This document shows positions 29,512 to 39,961 of a stretch of 64,000 nt of DNA, piece after piece (the stretch's first letter is position 1; each line of letters begins with the position of its first letter). This stretch comes from Nitrospirota bacterium (GTDB taxonomy: Bacteria; Nitrospirota; JACRHJ01). Position numbers and translations under genes: made by a program. The stretch is from the NCBI GenBank assembly GCA_963845245.1, contig CAWJRJ010000016.1, positions 32,001-96,000 on the forward strand, given 5' to 3'. The notes below the pieces were generated by a model. The model searched no databases. It saw only the letters and a program-made list of their open reading frames with translations, and had not been told where the DNA came from.

Positions 29512-31185
29512 ATGAACCTCCCGGATACCGAAAAGCTCTTCGAGGACAAAAAATCAGAGTACGCGGCCCTATCAGCTCTGATAGCCGTTGCAGCCTTGTA
29601 CAGGTGCTGGGATTTTTACAAAACCTTTGCAGGCGGTATACCGGAGATAAGCCATGTAAGTTATGACGGCGTCTATTATGTCCAGACTGCCAGAAACATC
29701 CTGGCAGGCGACGGCCTCGGCTGGGAAGCCACGATATTTCCTGTCCTTCAACCCATCCTTATCGCCCTGCTCGCTTTTGTTACCGGCATAAAAAACCTTG
29801 CGTTCGTGTCTTCCTGCGTCTCAGAAGTGGCAGGCCTGCTCCTGCTTCTATGGGTCTATTTACTCGCCAGGGACATATACGGGAAAATGCCGGCCTTAGC
29901 GGCGGTACTCCTTCTCATACCATACCCGCACCTTGTGGCCATCGCCGGTGGGGACACCGCCGAGTCCCTCTATGCATCCCTCATATGCCTGTCTGTCCTT
30001 ACCGGTTATAGGGCGTTGAAATCCAGACGGATGGGCGTTTTTTTCCTGGCTGGTCTGAGCCTGGGTCTGACTTATCTCGCACGGCCCGAGGGTTTTGTCT
30101 TCTTCCTGGGCTTTTTTGTTCTGTCGGCATGGACCACATCAAGGGAGGGAGCCCTGAAGGCAATAAAGCCGGTCGCTCTGGTCACTGCCGGTTTTCTATT
30201 GTTTGCCCTGCCATACATAACGTTCCTTACTAAAAGTTACGGCCGTCTTATAATAAGTTCGAAATTGCCATACGAGTCCATTGCCATGAGGGCCAAGGTA
30301 TACAGGGAGCCCATGCAAATGCAGGAGATAGAGGGGCTTACTGAGAACGGAAGGCTGGCATGGCAGGAATACGGCGGTTCGGGCGTGGTTTTCGGTTATT
30401 TCAGGAAGGACCCGGGCAGGTTTATCCGTACCTATCTTGACGACCTTTCGAGCGAACTTCCATGGAATGTCAAAAACAGCAGCCAGCTTGACGGATACCC
30501 TATAGTCTACCCGTTGTATTTCTGGTTCCCGGCGATCATAGGAATGGTGTTGCTTTTGCGGCGAAAAGAAACCATGTGGGTGGGGTTGCTCATTTTCTGT
30601 CCGCTGCTGAACATGTTTGTTTACCCTGTCTTTGCCAGGGGTTTCTGGATATACCACGCACCATACATACCATTACTCGTGATATTGGCGGTCGGGGGCG
30701 TTATATATATAAGCGACAGGTTTTCCACGATGGGCCTGCGTGTGCCTTTGCTGATGGTTTTTGTGGCAGCGTGGATCGGGTATTCGGCTTATGTGAAGCT
30801 TACGAGCAACCCCCAGTCGGTAAACACCATAGTCATCAAGGAGATAATCTCTGAAGAGTCCATGAAGGCGGGGGAATGGAGCAGAAAGAACCTGGGCACC
30901 AACACGGCTTTTATAATGGATTGGAGCAGGCTCGTCTGCTACTTGGGCGGCAGGTGGGTCCCGCTACCCGCCGCCTCTCCTGAGTGCGAGGTGGATTACG
31001 GCCGTAAAAACGGCGCCGATTTTCTTGTGGAGGAGCTGGTGGGTGATAGTTTGATGACCGGTTCGAGGTTCGAGTCAGTGCCATACCTTGAAAAGACCTA
31101 TTACTATGCCTCAGACAGCGCACCCTATGCGGTTATATTTTGGCGGATAATGCCGGAACCGGGCAACCGAGGTCTTACGAATTGA
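29512..31185 (+). CDS. GT-C fold glycosyltransferase (ArnT/PMT_2, GT39-like)
   Basis: SYDGVYYVQTARNI loop, AESLY, YLARPEG, many TM helices. Confidence 0.8.
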   Translation: MNLPDTEKLFEDKKSEYAALSALIAVAALYRCWDFYKTFAGGIPEISHVSYDGVYYVQTARNILAGDGLGWEATIFPVLQPILIALLAFVTGIKNLAFVSSCVSEVAGLLLLLWVYLLARDIYGKMPALAAVLLLIPYPHLVAIAGGDTAESLYASLICLSVLTGYRALKSRRMGVFFLAGLSLGLTYLARPEGFVFFLGFFVLSAWTTSREGALKAIKPVALVTAGFLLFALPYITFLTKSYGRLIISSKLPYESIAMRAKVYREPMQMQEIEGLTENGRLAWQEYGGSGVVFGYFRKDPGRFIRTYLDDLSSELPWNVKNSSQLDGYPIVYPLYFWFPAIIGMVLLLRRKETMWVGLLIFCPLLNMFVYPVFARGFWIYHAPYIPLLVILAVGGVIYISDRFSTMGLRVPLLMVFVAAWIGYSAYVKLTSNPQSVNTIVIKEIISEESMKAGEWSRKNLGTNTAFIMDWSRLVCYLGGRWVPLPAASPECEVDYGRKNGADFLVEELVGDSLMTGSRFESVPYLEKTYYYASDSAPYAVIFWRIMPEPGNRGLTN

Positions 31186-31187
31186 GC

Positions 31188-32102
31188 ATGTTAAAATATA
31201 CAGTAAAGATGATGAGGCCGCACCAGTGGGCCAAAAACCTGTTCATCTTTCCCGCGCTATTGTTTTCAAGGCACCTCTTCATCCTCCCATCTTTGTTGGC
31301 CAGTATTGCCGCGTTCGCTATCTTCTGTCTATTATCCGGCTCGGTATACATATTTAATGACATCATGGACGCGGAGGAAGACAGGCATCACCCTGTAAAG
31401 AAGGCCAGGCCGATTGCCGCAGGGATGATTACCAAATACAACGCCGGTATCATCTTCGGGCTTACTTCCGCTGCGGCCCTCGCGCTTTCCTTTGCGGTAA
31501 ATACAGGGTTTGGAATAATCGCCGCGGTTTATTTCGTAATCAACGTAGCATATTCGGCATACCTCAAGCGCATAGCCATAGTGGACGTGATGGTCGTCTC
31601 GTTGGGGTTTGTATTGAGGGCCGCCGCAGGCGGGGTCGCGATATCGGTGAGGGTATCTCCGTGGCTTCTGGTCTGCACCATACTTATCGCCCTGTTCCTT
31701 GTGCTCGCAAAAAGGAGACACGAACTGACCCTGCTGGACGAGCGCTCAAACATGCTGATAGAGCTGTCGATAGCTACAGAGGATGTTGGGCGCGCAATCA
31801 AGTACAGGAGGAGCCTGGATGAGTACAGCGCGTATTTCCTGGACCAGATGATAGCCGTGACCACCGCATCGACGCTGATGGCCTATATACTATACACACT
31901 TTCAAATGACGCGCTGTCACAGTTCGGCGAACACCTCATATATTCTGTGCCGTTTGTCATATACGGGATATTCCGCTACCTCTACCTGATACACCAGAAA
32001 AGGGAGGGTGGAAGCCCTACGATGACGCTTCTGGGGGACAGGCCCCTGCTGGTCGATATCGCGCTCTGGGTGGCGGCTGTCGTGGCGGTCATTTATTTTT
32101 GA
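31188..32102 (+). CDS. UbiA-family decaprenyl-phosphate phosphoribosyltransferase-like protein
   Basis: MRPHQWAKNLFIF, YIFNDIMDAEEDRHHPVKKARPIAAG, LAKRRHEL, YGIFRYLYL. Confidence 0.9.
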   Translation: MLKYTVKMMRPHQWAKNLFIFPALLFSRHLFILPSLLASIAAFAIFCLLSGSVYIFNDIMDAEEDRHHPVKKARPIAAGMITKYNAGIIFGLTSAAALALSFAVNTGFGIIAAVYFVINVAYSAYLKRIAIVDVMVVSLGFVLRAAAGGVAISVRVSPWLLVCTILIALFLVLAKRRHELTLLDERSNMLIELSIATEDVGRAIKYRRSLDEYSAYFLDQMIAVTTASTLMAYILYTLSNDALSQFGEHLIYSVPFVIYGIFRYLYLIHQKREGGSPTMTLLGDRPLLVDIALWVAAVVAVIYF

Positions 32103-32128
32103 TACTATATCCGGAGGGATGATTATTT

Positions 32129-33211
32129 ATGACGTCAAAAGTCGCAGTACTTAAGACAACCCCTGAGACAGTCCTTGCCGATTACGGGAAGGCCATGAGG
32201 ATGGCCGGTTATCAGGATGTGATAAGGAAAGACCGGGACACCGCACTTAAGATAAACATATCCTGGCATGTCTTCTACCCTGCGTGTTCAACTACGCCCT
32301 GGCAGCTTGAAGGCGTGATAAACACGATGCTTGAGGACGGCTATGATAAAGAACTGATACATGGCTGCCACAACCGCACCGTCGTCGTCTCGGCCAAGCG
32401 TGGAGAGGTGGACAACAAGCACAAGGTCGTGATTGAGAAGTATGGCCTGAGGAACATCCACCTGTATGAGGACGAGGAGTGGATAACCTACGAGCCCAAG
32501 GGGAAGATGCTGGTGCTGGACAAGATCTACCCGGACGGCATCCAGATACCGAAGCGGTTCATGGGCGAGAACATAATCCATCTCCCCACCATGAAGACGC
32601 ATGTGTTCACCACGATGACGGGCGCCATGAAGAACGCGTTCGGGGGCCTGCTCCACGAGAAGAGGCATTTTACCCACTCCGTTATCCACGAGACGCTCGT
32701 CGACCTGCTCACCATCCAGAAGGAGATTCATCCCGGTGTTTTCGCGGTGATGGACGGGACGTTCGCCGGGGACGGCCCCGGCCCCAGGTGCATGGTCCCG
32801 CACGTGAAGGACTATATCCTGGCGTCTGCCGACCAGGTGGCCATAGACGCGGTATCGGCGAAGATGATGGGTTTCGACCCCATGAGCCTCCCGTTCATAA
32901 GGCTTGCCCACGAGGCTGGGCTTGGATGCGGAGAGGTTAAGGATATCGAGATAGTAGGGGAAGACATATCCGAAATAAACTGGAAGTTCAGCAAGGGACA
33001 GAACACCTTCGCCTCAAAGGGGCAGAAGATGATATACTGGGGCCCGCTTAAGCCGCTTGAAAAGCTGCTGCTTCGGACGTTCATAGCGCCGTGGTCCTAC
33101 GTCGCTTCTATAGCCTACCACGACTGGTACTGGTATCCGATTATCGGGAAAGCGAGGGTGAGGTGGGCGCTTAACGAGACGAAATGGGGCAAGCTTTTTA
33201 AAAGCTATTAG
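32129..33211 (+). CDS. DUF362 domain protein
   Basis: LKINIS, HLPTMKTH...TGAMKNAFG, VMDGTFAGDGPGP, DQVAIDAV. Confidence 0.85.
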   Translation: MTSKVAVLKTTPETVLADYGKAMRMAGYQDVIRKDRDTALKINISWHVFYPACSTTPWQLEGVINTMLEDGYDKELIHGCHNRTVVVSAKRGEVDNKHKVVIEKYGLRNIHLYEDEEWITYEPKGKMLVLDKIYPDGIQIPKRFMGENIIHLPTMKTHVFTTMTGAMKNAFGGLLHEKRHFTHSVIHETLVDLLTIQKEIHPGVFAVMDGTFAGDGPGPRCMVPHVKDYILASADQVAIDAVSAKMMGFDPMSLPFIRLAHEAGLGCGEVKDIEIVGEDISEINWKFSKGQNTFASKGQKMIYWGPLKPLEKLLLRTFIAPWSYVASIAYHDWYWYPIIGKARVRWALNETKWGKLFKSY

Positions 33212-33212
33212 C

Positions 33213-33899
33213 CTAGGAGAACAGGTTGTACTTAACTATGCAACGCAGGGCTGAGAGGCCGTCCCTCCAGCCTATCTTCTTGCCTTCCTTATAGGTGCGG
33301 CCCCTGTAGGAGATGCCCACCTCATAGATCCGAAGCCCCCTTGCCGCGACCTTTGCGGTTATCTCCGGCTCGAACCCGAACCGCTTTTCCTTGATCTCGA
33401 TCCCTTTTATGGCATCTGTCCTGAACGCCTTGTAGCAGGTCTCCATGTCGGTGAGGTTCAGGTTTGTGAATACGTTTGAGGTAAGGGTGAGGAACTTGTT
33501 GCCGATGCTGTGCCAGAAATAAAGCACGCGCCGCTCCTCGGTGGTCAGGAACCTGGAACCGAATACCGCGTCGGCCCGGCCTTCGATAAGCGGCTTGAGA
33601 AGCTTTCCGTACTCTTGCGGGTCGTACTCAAGGTCGGCGTCCTGGATTATAAGGTAGTCACCGTTGGCAGCCGATATGCCGGTGGATACCGCAGCACCCT
33701 TACCCATATTGACGTCGTGGAATATAACCTGTTTCACCAGCGGCTTCAACTCGTTGAGTATTATATCGCGGCTCCCGTCGGTCGAGCCGTCGTCCACTAT
33801 TATAACCTCTTTATCGGTGGGCTCAGCACTCACCCGCGCCACCACTTCGCGGATGGTGTCCTTCTCGTTAAAGCACGGGATTATAACGGAAAGCGTCAT
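33213..33899 (-). CDS. GT2 glycosyltransferase (polyprenol-phosphate sugar synthase-like)
   Basis: [48 protein letters not shown]. Confidence 0.92.
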   Translation of the reverse strand: MTLSVIIPCFNEKDTIREVVARVSAEPTDKEVIIVDDGSTDGSRDIILNELKPLVKQVIFHDVNMGKGAAVSTGISAANGDYLIIQDADLEYDPQEYGKLLKPLIEGRADAVFGSRFLTTEERRVLYFWHSIGNKFLTLTSNVFTNLNLTDMETCYKAFRTDAIKGIEIKEKRFGFEPEITAKVAARGLRIYEVGISYRGRTYKEGKKIGWRDGLSALRCIVKYNLFS

Positions 33900-34066
33900 G
33901 CGGCAACCTCCATGAGAATTGGAGTACGATATAAATTAACATGGAATTGCATCATATGTCAAACATGATGGGAGGCTGCCCCGCGTTTTATTATTTACAT
34001 ATGCATCGCGGTAAATTAAAATAAGCAAGCTTGGCATCGTAAATTTACTCAATTGAGGAGGTACTG

Positions 34067-35198
34067 ATGTCTCAGTTCCTGGAGGTTGTGGAGTTTCTTG
34101 ACCCGTCCGGCGAGGACATGGTCCATCGTATTCCCGAGGAAGGCTCAGGCGAGCTGAAGTTCGGGGCCCAGTGCGTCGTGCGTGATTCCCAGGCCGCGGT
34201 ATTCTTCAAGGACGGCAAAGGCACCGACATACTCGGCCCCGGCCGCCATACCCTGTCCACAAAAAACCTCCCGATCCTCACCAAGCTGCTCATGCTGCCC
34301 TGGGGGTTTGAGAGCATATTCAAGGCGGAGGTCTACTTCGTCAACCGCAAGATATTCACAAACCTCAAGTGGGGGACGCGCGACCCGGTCGCATTCAAGG
34401 ACAGCGAACTGGGCATGGTGAGGCTGCGGGCCTTCGGGAACTACACGCTCCAGATCAACCAGCCGCTGCTCTTCGTAAACTCACTCGTCGGCACGCAGGG
34501 AGTCTATACGACCGAAGCGATAGGCGACTACCTCAGAGACGTTATAATCTCGCGGCTCAACGACCTGCTTGGCGAGAGCCTCGACACCATCCTCGACCTG
34601 CCCAAGAGCTACGATGAGCTTGCAGTAGCCGTGAAGGCCAGGCTCGTGGACGATTTCGGCCGCTACGGCATGGAGCTTAAAGACTTCTACGTAAATTCGA
34701 TCACGCCTCCCGAGGAGGTCCAGAAGGTGATCGACCAGCGCTCCGGCATGGGCGCGGCAGGCGACCTCGACCGCTTCATGAAGTTCAAGGCGGCGATGGC
34801 GCTTGGCGATGCGGCAAAGTCCGAGGGCGCAGGCGCGATGGGTGCGGGGGTTGGTATCGGCGCAGGCGCGGGCCTTGGCATGATGCTGCCGGGGATGATA
34901 TTCAAGCACGATGAACAACGGCAACGGCTCGCCTGAGAAGATCGCGGCCAGGGGGACGGTGAACTGCCCCAAGTGCCACAGCGACGTCGCGCTGGACGCG
35001 CGCTTCTGCCCCAAATGCGGCCACCAGATGGTCGTGATGAACAAATGCCCGTCCTGCGGCAAGGACCTGCCCGCGGAGGCCAACTTCTGCATGGCCTGCG
35101 GCATGGACCTGAAGCAAAAATTAAATTGCCCGAAGTGCAGTACGCCGCTTCCTCCCGGCACCAAGTTCTGCACCGGCTGCGGCGAAAAGATAACATAG
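34067..35198 (+). CDS. SPFH (YdjI-like) domain protein with C-terminal zinc ribbons (frameshift near 34908)
   Basis: VRDSQAAVF, GPGRHTLST, WGTRDP, VRLRAFG; three CPxC...FCxxCG repeats in ORF 34911-35198. Confidence 0.87.
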
Positions 35199-35216
35199 CT
35201 AGAATGAAAACCTGAG

Positions 35217-36707
35217 ATGCCTTTAAGCGTTTCCACAAAATGCCCTTCCTGCGGCGGGGACCTGGAATTCGAGCACGGTTCAAATGCCGTACGCTGCGGT
35301 TTCTGCGGCTCAAGCCATGTCGTAACCGGACACGGCCGTTCGCTGTCCTATTTCATCCCCGAGACAATAAGCGTAAAGATGGCCGCGGGTAAGGCGTTGG
35401 TGAAGCTGAGGGAGGATGGCGGCAACTGGAAGGTGAAGGAGGCTACACTCTTCTTCGTGCCGTTCCACCATTTCATCGGCCAGGACCTCTACTGGGAGAT
35501 GGAAGAAGAAACCATAAGCGAAGGTGATGAAGGCGGGGTATTAAACGTCAGGATAAGCTCTTTCGGCGGGATAGGGTTCGGCGGATTTCTGGGCAGCCTC
35601 GGAGATGAAGTCGGGCATGGGGCTCCTCGGCTGACGGAAAAGCGGTTTGAGATGTCCACCCGGCACATTGACCGGACGCTCCCGGCTTTGGACGTGCCGG
35701 AGCTTAACGTGTTCTCCCTGGGCCTTCGGCCCGAGGTCTTAAAGCTTTCTCTGTTCCAGAAGGATGCGGTACTGGAGCGCGGGCAGCTATCCCCTGTAAA
35801 GGTGGAGGGCCGGGATGCCGAGGAGCGGGGCTATTCCCCGTTAAGGCCCGGGGACATAATCGCGCGCAGGGTCATAGGCAAGACGAGGAGCATCATACAC
35901 TTCCCGTTCTGGGTAATAGAGGCCTCCGAAGACGGGAGGGAGGATGGGGCCATAGCCGTAGTGGACGGTGTCAGCGGAGACGTAACAAATACCAATGCCC
36001 CGGTTTCCATGCTGGACAAACTCATCGACAAGGACGGCGACCATTATGAGATCGTTGGCCTGAGGCCCTTGAAATGCCCGGACTGCGGGGCGGACCTGCC
36101 GGTGCGACCGAAGGACGTGGTGTTCTTCTGCGCAGGCTGCGGCAAGGCATGGTATATCAGCGGGACGGAGCTTACCCAGGTCCCGTATACCGCGATGCCG
36201 CCCAAAATGGGGGCGGCCGAGATGGAATATATGCCCTTCTGGGTCGTCGAGGCAAGGGTAGTGTCCGGCGGCGAGTCCATCGAGAACAAATATGAACTGA
36301 CAAAACTGGCCCCGGGCGTCAGGGTACCTCAGGAGGAAGACAAAAAGGTCCCTCTGCGCTTCTTCGTGCCAGCCTTCGAGTTAGGCAACCTCAACATACT
36401 GTCGAGGTTCGCTTCAAGCTTTACACGTTCACAGCCGGTATGGCAGGTGCAGGACGACGGGCCCCAAGGCCGTATCACTCCGTCCCGGGGGTGCTTCATC
36501 TCGCCCGAGGATGCCCTTGAGCTTGCCCCTTTGACCCTTTTCTCCCTCATCCCCAAGGGGAACAAACGGGCGCTGAAGTTCGCCCTCGAGGCAAAGGTGG
36601 AGGTGAAAGGGGCGGCCCTGGCCCTTGTGCCATTTACGAAGTCCAGGACGGATTATGTGGACGGGATCCTGGGCCTTTGCATGCCTGAAGCGGCCCTCCG
36701 GGACTAG
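35217..36707 (+). CDS. Double zinc-ribbon protein (YdjG-like), hypothetical
   Basis: CPSCGG...CGFCG and CPDCGA...CAGCG, each followed by a (F/Y)xPF(H/W) motif. Confidence 0.65.
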   Translation: MPLSVSTKCPSCGGDLEFEHGSNAVRCGFCGSSHVVTGHGRSLSYFIPETISVKMAAGKALVKLREDGGNWKVKEATLFFVPFHHFIGQDLYWEMEEETISEGDEGGVLNVRISSFGGIGFGGFLGSLGDEVGHGAPRLTEKRFEMSTRHIDRTLPALDVPELNVFSLGLRPEVLKLSLFQKDAVLERGQLSPVKVEGRDAEERGYSPLRPGDIIARRVIGKTRSIIHFPFWVIEASEDGREDGAIAVVDGVSGDVTNTNAPVSMLDKLIDKDGDHYEIVGLRPLKCPDCGADLPVRPKDVVFFCAGCGKAWYISGTELTQVPYTAMPPKMGAAEMEYMPFWVVEARVVSGGESIENKYELTKLAPGVRVPQEEDKKVPLRFFVPAFELGNLNILSRFASSFTRSQPVWQVQDDGPQGRITPSRGCFISPEDALELAPLTLFSLIPKGNKRALKFALEAKVEVKGAALALVPFTKSRTDYVDGILGLCMPEAALRD

Positions 36708-36754
36708 GCTTTAAAGCCTCCGTAAATAACTCGATTAAAATTATAAATAGACCC

Positions 36755-36807
36755 TTGACATCCCCATATATTGTGTGTAGTATTTCTTCAGCTACAACAT
36801 GGTATAC
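36755..36807 (+). promoter_or_regulatory. nrdJ promoter with tandem NrdR boxes
   Basis: TTGACA-N17-TAGTAT; box TCCCCATATATTGTGT (36761-36776) and a degenerate box CTACAACATGGTATAC 31 bp downstream. Confidence 0.7.
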
Positions 36808-36915
36808 AGTAATTCGCTTTAGCCAGCCGTTTTCCCCTTTGATTTAAATAGCAATACCGGTCTTAAAACGTTAAAATATATATTATAAGGTATTTATTCA
36901 CGCTGGAGGCATCTT

Positions 36916-39372
36916 ATGAGCGCATTTGACGAGTTCGGTGCTGGATCAGTTGACGGAATGTCTCTCTTTGACACTCGCCAGAACGACATTTTCAGCCTTG
37001 GGCAGGACGCCACTGCCGAGCAGACGAAAAGGCCCGTCGCGTCTTCCAGCCCGGAACCTGCTGAAAGCGTAATGACAGCAGAAAAAAAGCCGGAGAAAAA
37101 GAAATCATCCGGTCACAAAAATAGAAAGGAACTAAAATTGACACCGAACGCCATGACGGTGCTTGAAAGGCGGTACCTCAAAAAGGACGTCAACGGAAAG
37201 ACGATCGAGCGGCCTGAGGACATGTTCCTTCGCGTTGCGGGTAACATTGCGCATGCGGAGAAGAACTACGGCGCTACTGACGCGGACGTGGAGGCCCTCA
37301 CTGAGGTCTTCTACGGCATGATGACCGCGCTCGACTTCCTGCCGAACTCGCCCACGCTGATGAACGCGGGCAGGGACCTCCAGCAGCTCTCGGCGTGCTT
37401 CGTCCTGCCTATCGAGGACACGATGGAGAGCATCTTCTCCACCATAAAGAATACCGCACTCATACACCAGTCGGGCGGCGGGACGGGTTTCTCGTTCTCA
37501 CGCCTGAGGCCTGCAAACGACAAGGTGGCCTCCACCGGCGGCGTGGCATCCGGGCCGATATCGTTCATGAAGGTATTCAACGCCGCGACCGAGGCGGTGA
37601 AGCAGGGCGGGACAAGGCGCGGGGCCAACATGGGCATCCTGCGCATAGACCACCCGGACATCATCGACTTCATAAACTGCAAGCTGGACAACGACGACCT
37701 GAACAACTTCAATATCTCGGTCGGCATCACGGAGGCCTTCATGCACGCGGTGGAGGAAGGCACCGACTACGAACTGAAGAACCCGCGCTCCGGCGAGCCG
37801 GTAAGCAAGCTTAACGCGAAAGAGGTGTTCGACAGGATAGTGGAACTGGCCTGGAAGACGGGCGACCCCGGCATCATATTCCTGGACAGGCTGAACCGCG
37901 ACAACCCGACGCCGCAGGTGGGCGAGATAGAGTCCACGAACCCGTGCGGAGAGCAGCCGCTCCTTCCGTACGAGTCATGCAACCTTGGCTCCATAAACCT
38001 GTCGAACATGGTGAAGGCCGGCGCGGTCGACTGGGACAAGATAAAGGACACCGTGCACAAGGCGGTGCATTTCCTCGACAACGTCATCGACATGAACAAC
38101 TACCCGCTTGACCAGATAAGCAAGATGACGAGGAGCAACCGCAAGATCGGCCTCGGCATCATGGGCTTCTCCGACATGCTGATAAAGCTCGGCATCCCCT
38201 ACAACTCGGAAGAGGCGATATCCGCCGGGCGCGAGATAATGCGCTTCATAGACGAAGAGGGCAAGAACGCCTCCGAGGACCTGGCGAAAGTGCGCGGCAC
38301 GTTCGATAATTTTGCAGGCAGCAAGTTCGACAAGCCGGGCGGCCGGAAGCTAAGGAACGCCACGGTGACGACCATTGCGCCCACAGGCACGCTCTCCATC
38401 ATAGCGAGCTGCAGCAGCGGCATCGAGCCGCTCTTCGCCGTGTCCTATGTGCGCACCGTTATGGACAAGGATGAGCTTATAGAGGTGAACCCATACTTCG
38501 AGGCGGTGGCGCGCGAGCGCGGCTTCTATTCCTCGGAGCTGATGAAGATGATTGCGCACCATGGCACGGTGGCCGACATAAAGGATGTGCCTGAGGACGT
38601 CAGGCGGTTGTTCGTTACGGCGCACGACATCGAGCCCAAGTGGCACGTGAAGATGCAGGCTGCGTTCCAGGAGCACACCGACAACGCCGTCTCAAAGACC
38701 GTCAACTTCCCGCACGACGCGACCCCGGCCGACGTCGCCGAGGTGTACATGCTCTCATACCGCACCGGCTGCAAGGGTGTCACGATATACCGCGACGGCT
38801 CAAAGGACGAGCAGGTGCTCTCGACCGGCAAGACCAAGCAGGCCAGGAGCGCGGAGGTTGCACCGCAGCCGACTGAGGCTCCGGTGGTCGGCAAGATCAT
38901 GCCGCGCCCGCGCCCCGAGCTTACCCGTGGCTACACACGCCAGATAAGCACCGGCTGCGGCAGGCTGTACATCACGATCAACGAGGACGAGCAGGGTCTC
39001 TGCGAGCTGTTCGCCAGCATGGGCAAGTCCGGCGGCTGCGCCACCTCCCAGACCGAGGCCACAGGCAGACTCGTCTCTCTTGCGCTTCGTTCCGGGGTTG
39101 ACCCGACCTCCATCGTCGACCAGCTCAAGGGCATACGCTGCCCGTCGCCCGCATGGGTGTCAGGCGCAACGGTCTATTCCTGCGCGGACGCCATTGCGCG
39201 CGTGCTCGAAGAATACATCGCCAGGGGCAAGGCCGACGCGGGCGGGAACAAGGCATACGGCAGCGACAACCTCATGAACGTATGCCCGGAGTGCCCGGAG
39301 TGCGGCTCGATGGTCTCATTCGCGGAAGGCTGCGTGGTCTGCCATTCCTGCGGATTCTCAAAGTGCGGCTGA
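36916..39372 (+). CDS. nrdJ: Class II (adenosylcobalamin-dependent) ribonucleotide reductase with TSCPD and zinc-ribbon tail
   Basis: FLPNSPTLMNAG, LSACFVL, TNPCGEQPL, CNLGSINL, TIAPTGT, KGVTIYRDGS, CPECG...CHSCGFSKCG. Confidence 0.96.
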   Translation: MSAFDEFGAGSVDGMSLFDTRQNDIFSLGQDATAEQTKRPVASSSPEPAESVMTAEKKPEKKKSSGHKNRKELKLTPNAMTVLERRYLKKDVNGKTIERPEDMFLRVAGNIAHAEKNYGATDADVEALTEVFYGMMTALDFLPNSPTLMNAGRDLQQLSACFVLPIEDTMESIFSTIKNTALIHQSGGGTGFSFSRLRPANDKVASTGGVASGPISFMKVFNAATEAVKQGGTRRGANMGILRIDHPDIIDFINCKLDNDDLNNFNISVGITEAFMHAVEEGTDYELKNPRSGEPVSKLNAKEVFDRIVELAWKTGDPGIIFLDRLNRDNPTPQVGEIESTNPCGEQPLLPYESCNLGSINLSNMVKAGAVDWDKIKDTVHKAVHFLDNVIDMNNYPLDQISKMTRSNRKIGLGIMGFSDMLIKLGIPYNSEEAISAGREIMRFIDEEGKNASEDLAKVRGTFDNFAGSKFDKPGGRKLRNATVTTIAPTGTLSIIASCSSGIEPLFAVSYVRTVMDKDELIEVNPYFEAVARERGFYSSELMKMIAHHGTVADIKDVPEDVRRLFVTAHDIEPKWHVKMQAAFQEHTDNAVSKTVNFPHDATPADVAEVYMLSYRTGCKGVTIYRDGSKDEQVLSTGKTKQARSAEVAPQPTEAPVVGKIMPRPRPELTRGYTRQISTGCGRLYITINEDEQGLCELFASMGKSGGCATSQTEATGRLVSLALRSGVDPTSIVDQLKGIRCPSPAWVSGATVYSCADAIARVLEEYIARGKADAGGNKAYGSDNLMNVCPECPECGSMVSFAEGCVVCHSCGFSKCG

Positions 39373-39408
39373 GTCTCAGGTTTGTACTAATTGCAGACGG
39401 AGGGATCG

Positions 39409-39687
39409 TTGAATTATAGTATCAAGGCCTTCATTTCCAGGGACGGGGACGGTTATACCGCCGAATGTCTCGACGTGGCCGCGAAGGTCCACGGAAAGAC
39501 CCTCGACGAGACGGTCGAGAACCTGCGCCACGAGATATGCAGATGCATGACCGGCGTGGACCTCGGGATGCTCGGCCTGGTGGACGACCCGACCCTGTTC
39601 ATCACGTTTGAGGACGTTCCTATCCCGGCCAGGCCGATGGTGTGCCATCCCCAGATACCGATGCTGGCGGAAGAACATTTCTCATGA
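39409..39687 (+). CDS. HicB-like small protein (orphan)
   Basis: DGDGYTAECLDV...HGKTLDETVENLRHEI; GGAGG RBS before TTG 39409. Confidence 0.65.
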   Translation: MNYSIKAFISRDGDGYTAECLDVAAKVHGKTLDETVENLRHEICRCMTGVDLGMLGLVDDPTLFITFEDVPIPARPMVCHPQIPMLAEEHFS

Positions 39688-39861
39688 TGACGGAAGAGCA
39701 GAAGAAAAAGATCCGCGAGGCGGCGAAGGACAACAAGCTGCCCTGCGCGAAGGCGTTCCAGCTATCCAAAGGAGCTTGACCTGTCGATTAAAGCGATAGG
39801 CGAGTTCTGCAACGAAGAAAATATCCGCATCAAGAACTGCCAGTTAGGTTGCTTCCCGTAA
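39684..39861 (+). CDS. Small Cys-rich protein ending CQLGCF (frameshift near 39769; missing from ORF track)
   Basis: MMTEEQKKKIREAAKDNKLPCAKAFQLSK / ELDLSIKAIGEFCNEENIRIKNCQLGCFP; the ATG overlaps the upstream TGA. Confidence 0.75.
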
Positions 39862-39926
39862 CCCCGTAGTTCTCTCCGGCATTGTTTTTTCTGCCTGACG
39901 CAGGTATCGTCGACCTCGCAATTGGC

Positions 39927-39961
39927 TTGACCGTGAATTATTTTTATGCTCTAATATCATT
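39927..39961 (+). promoter_or_regulatory. Promoter for a probably leaderless hicBA transcript
   Basis: TTGACC-N17-TCTAAT with extended TG, ending 6 nt before the ATG; no Shine-Dalgarno. Confidence 0.6.
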
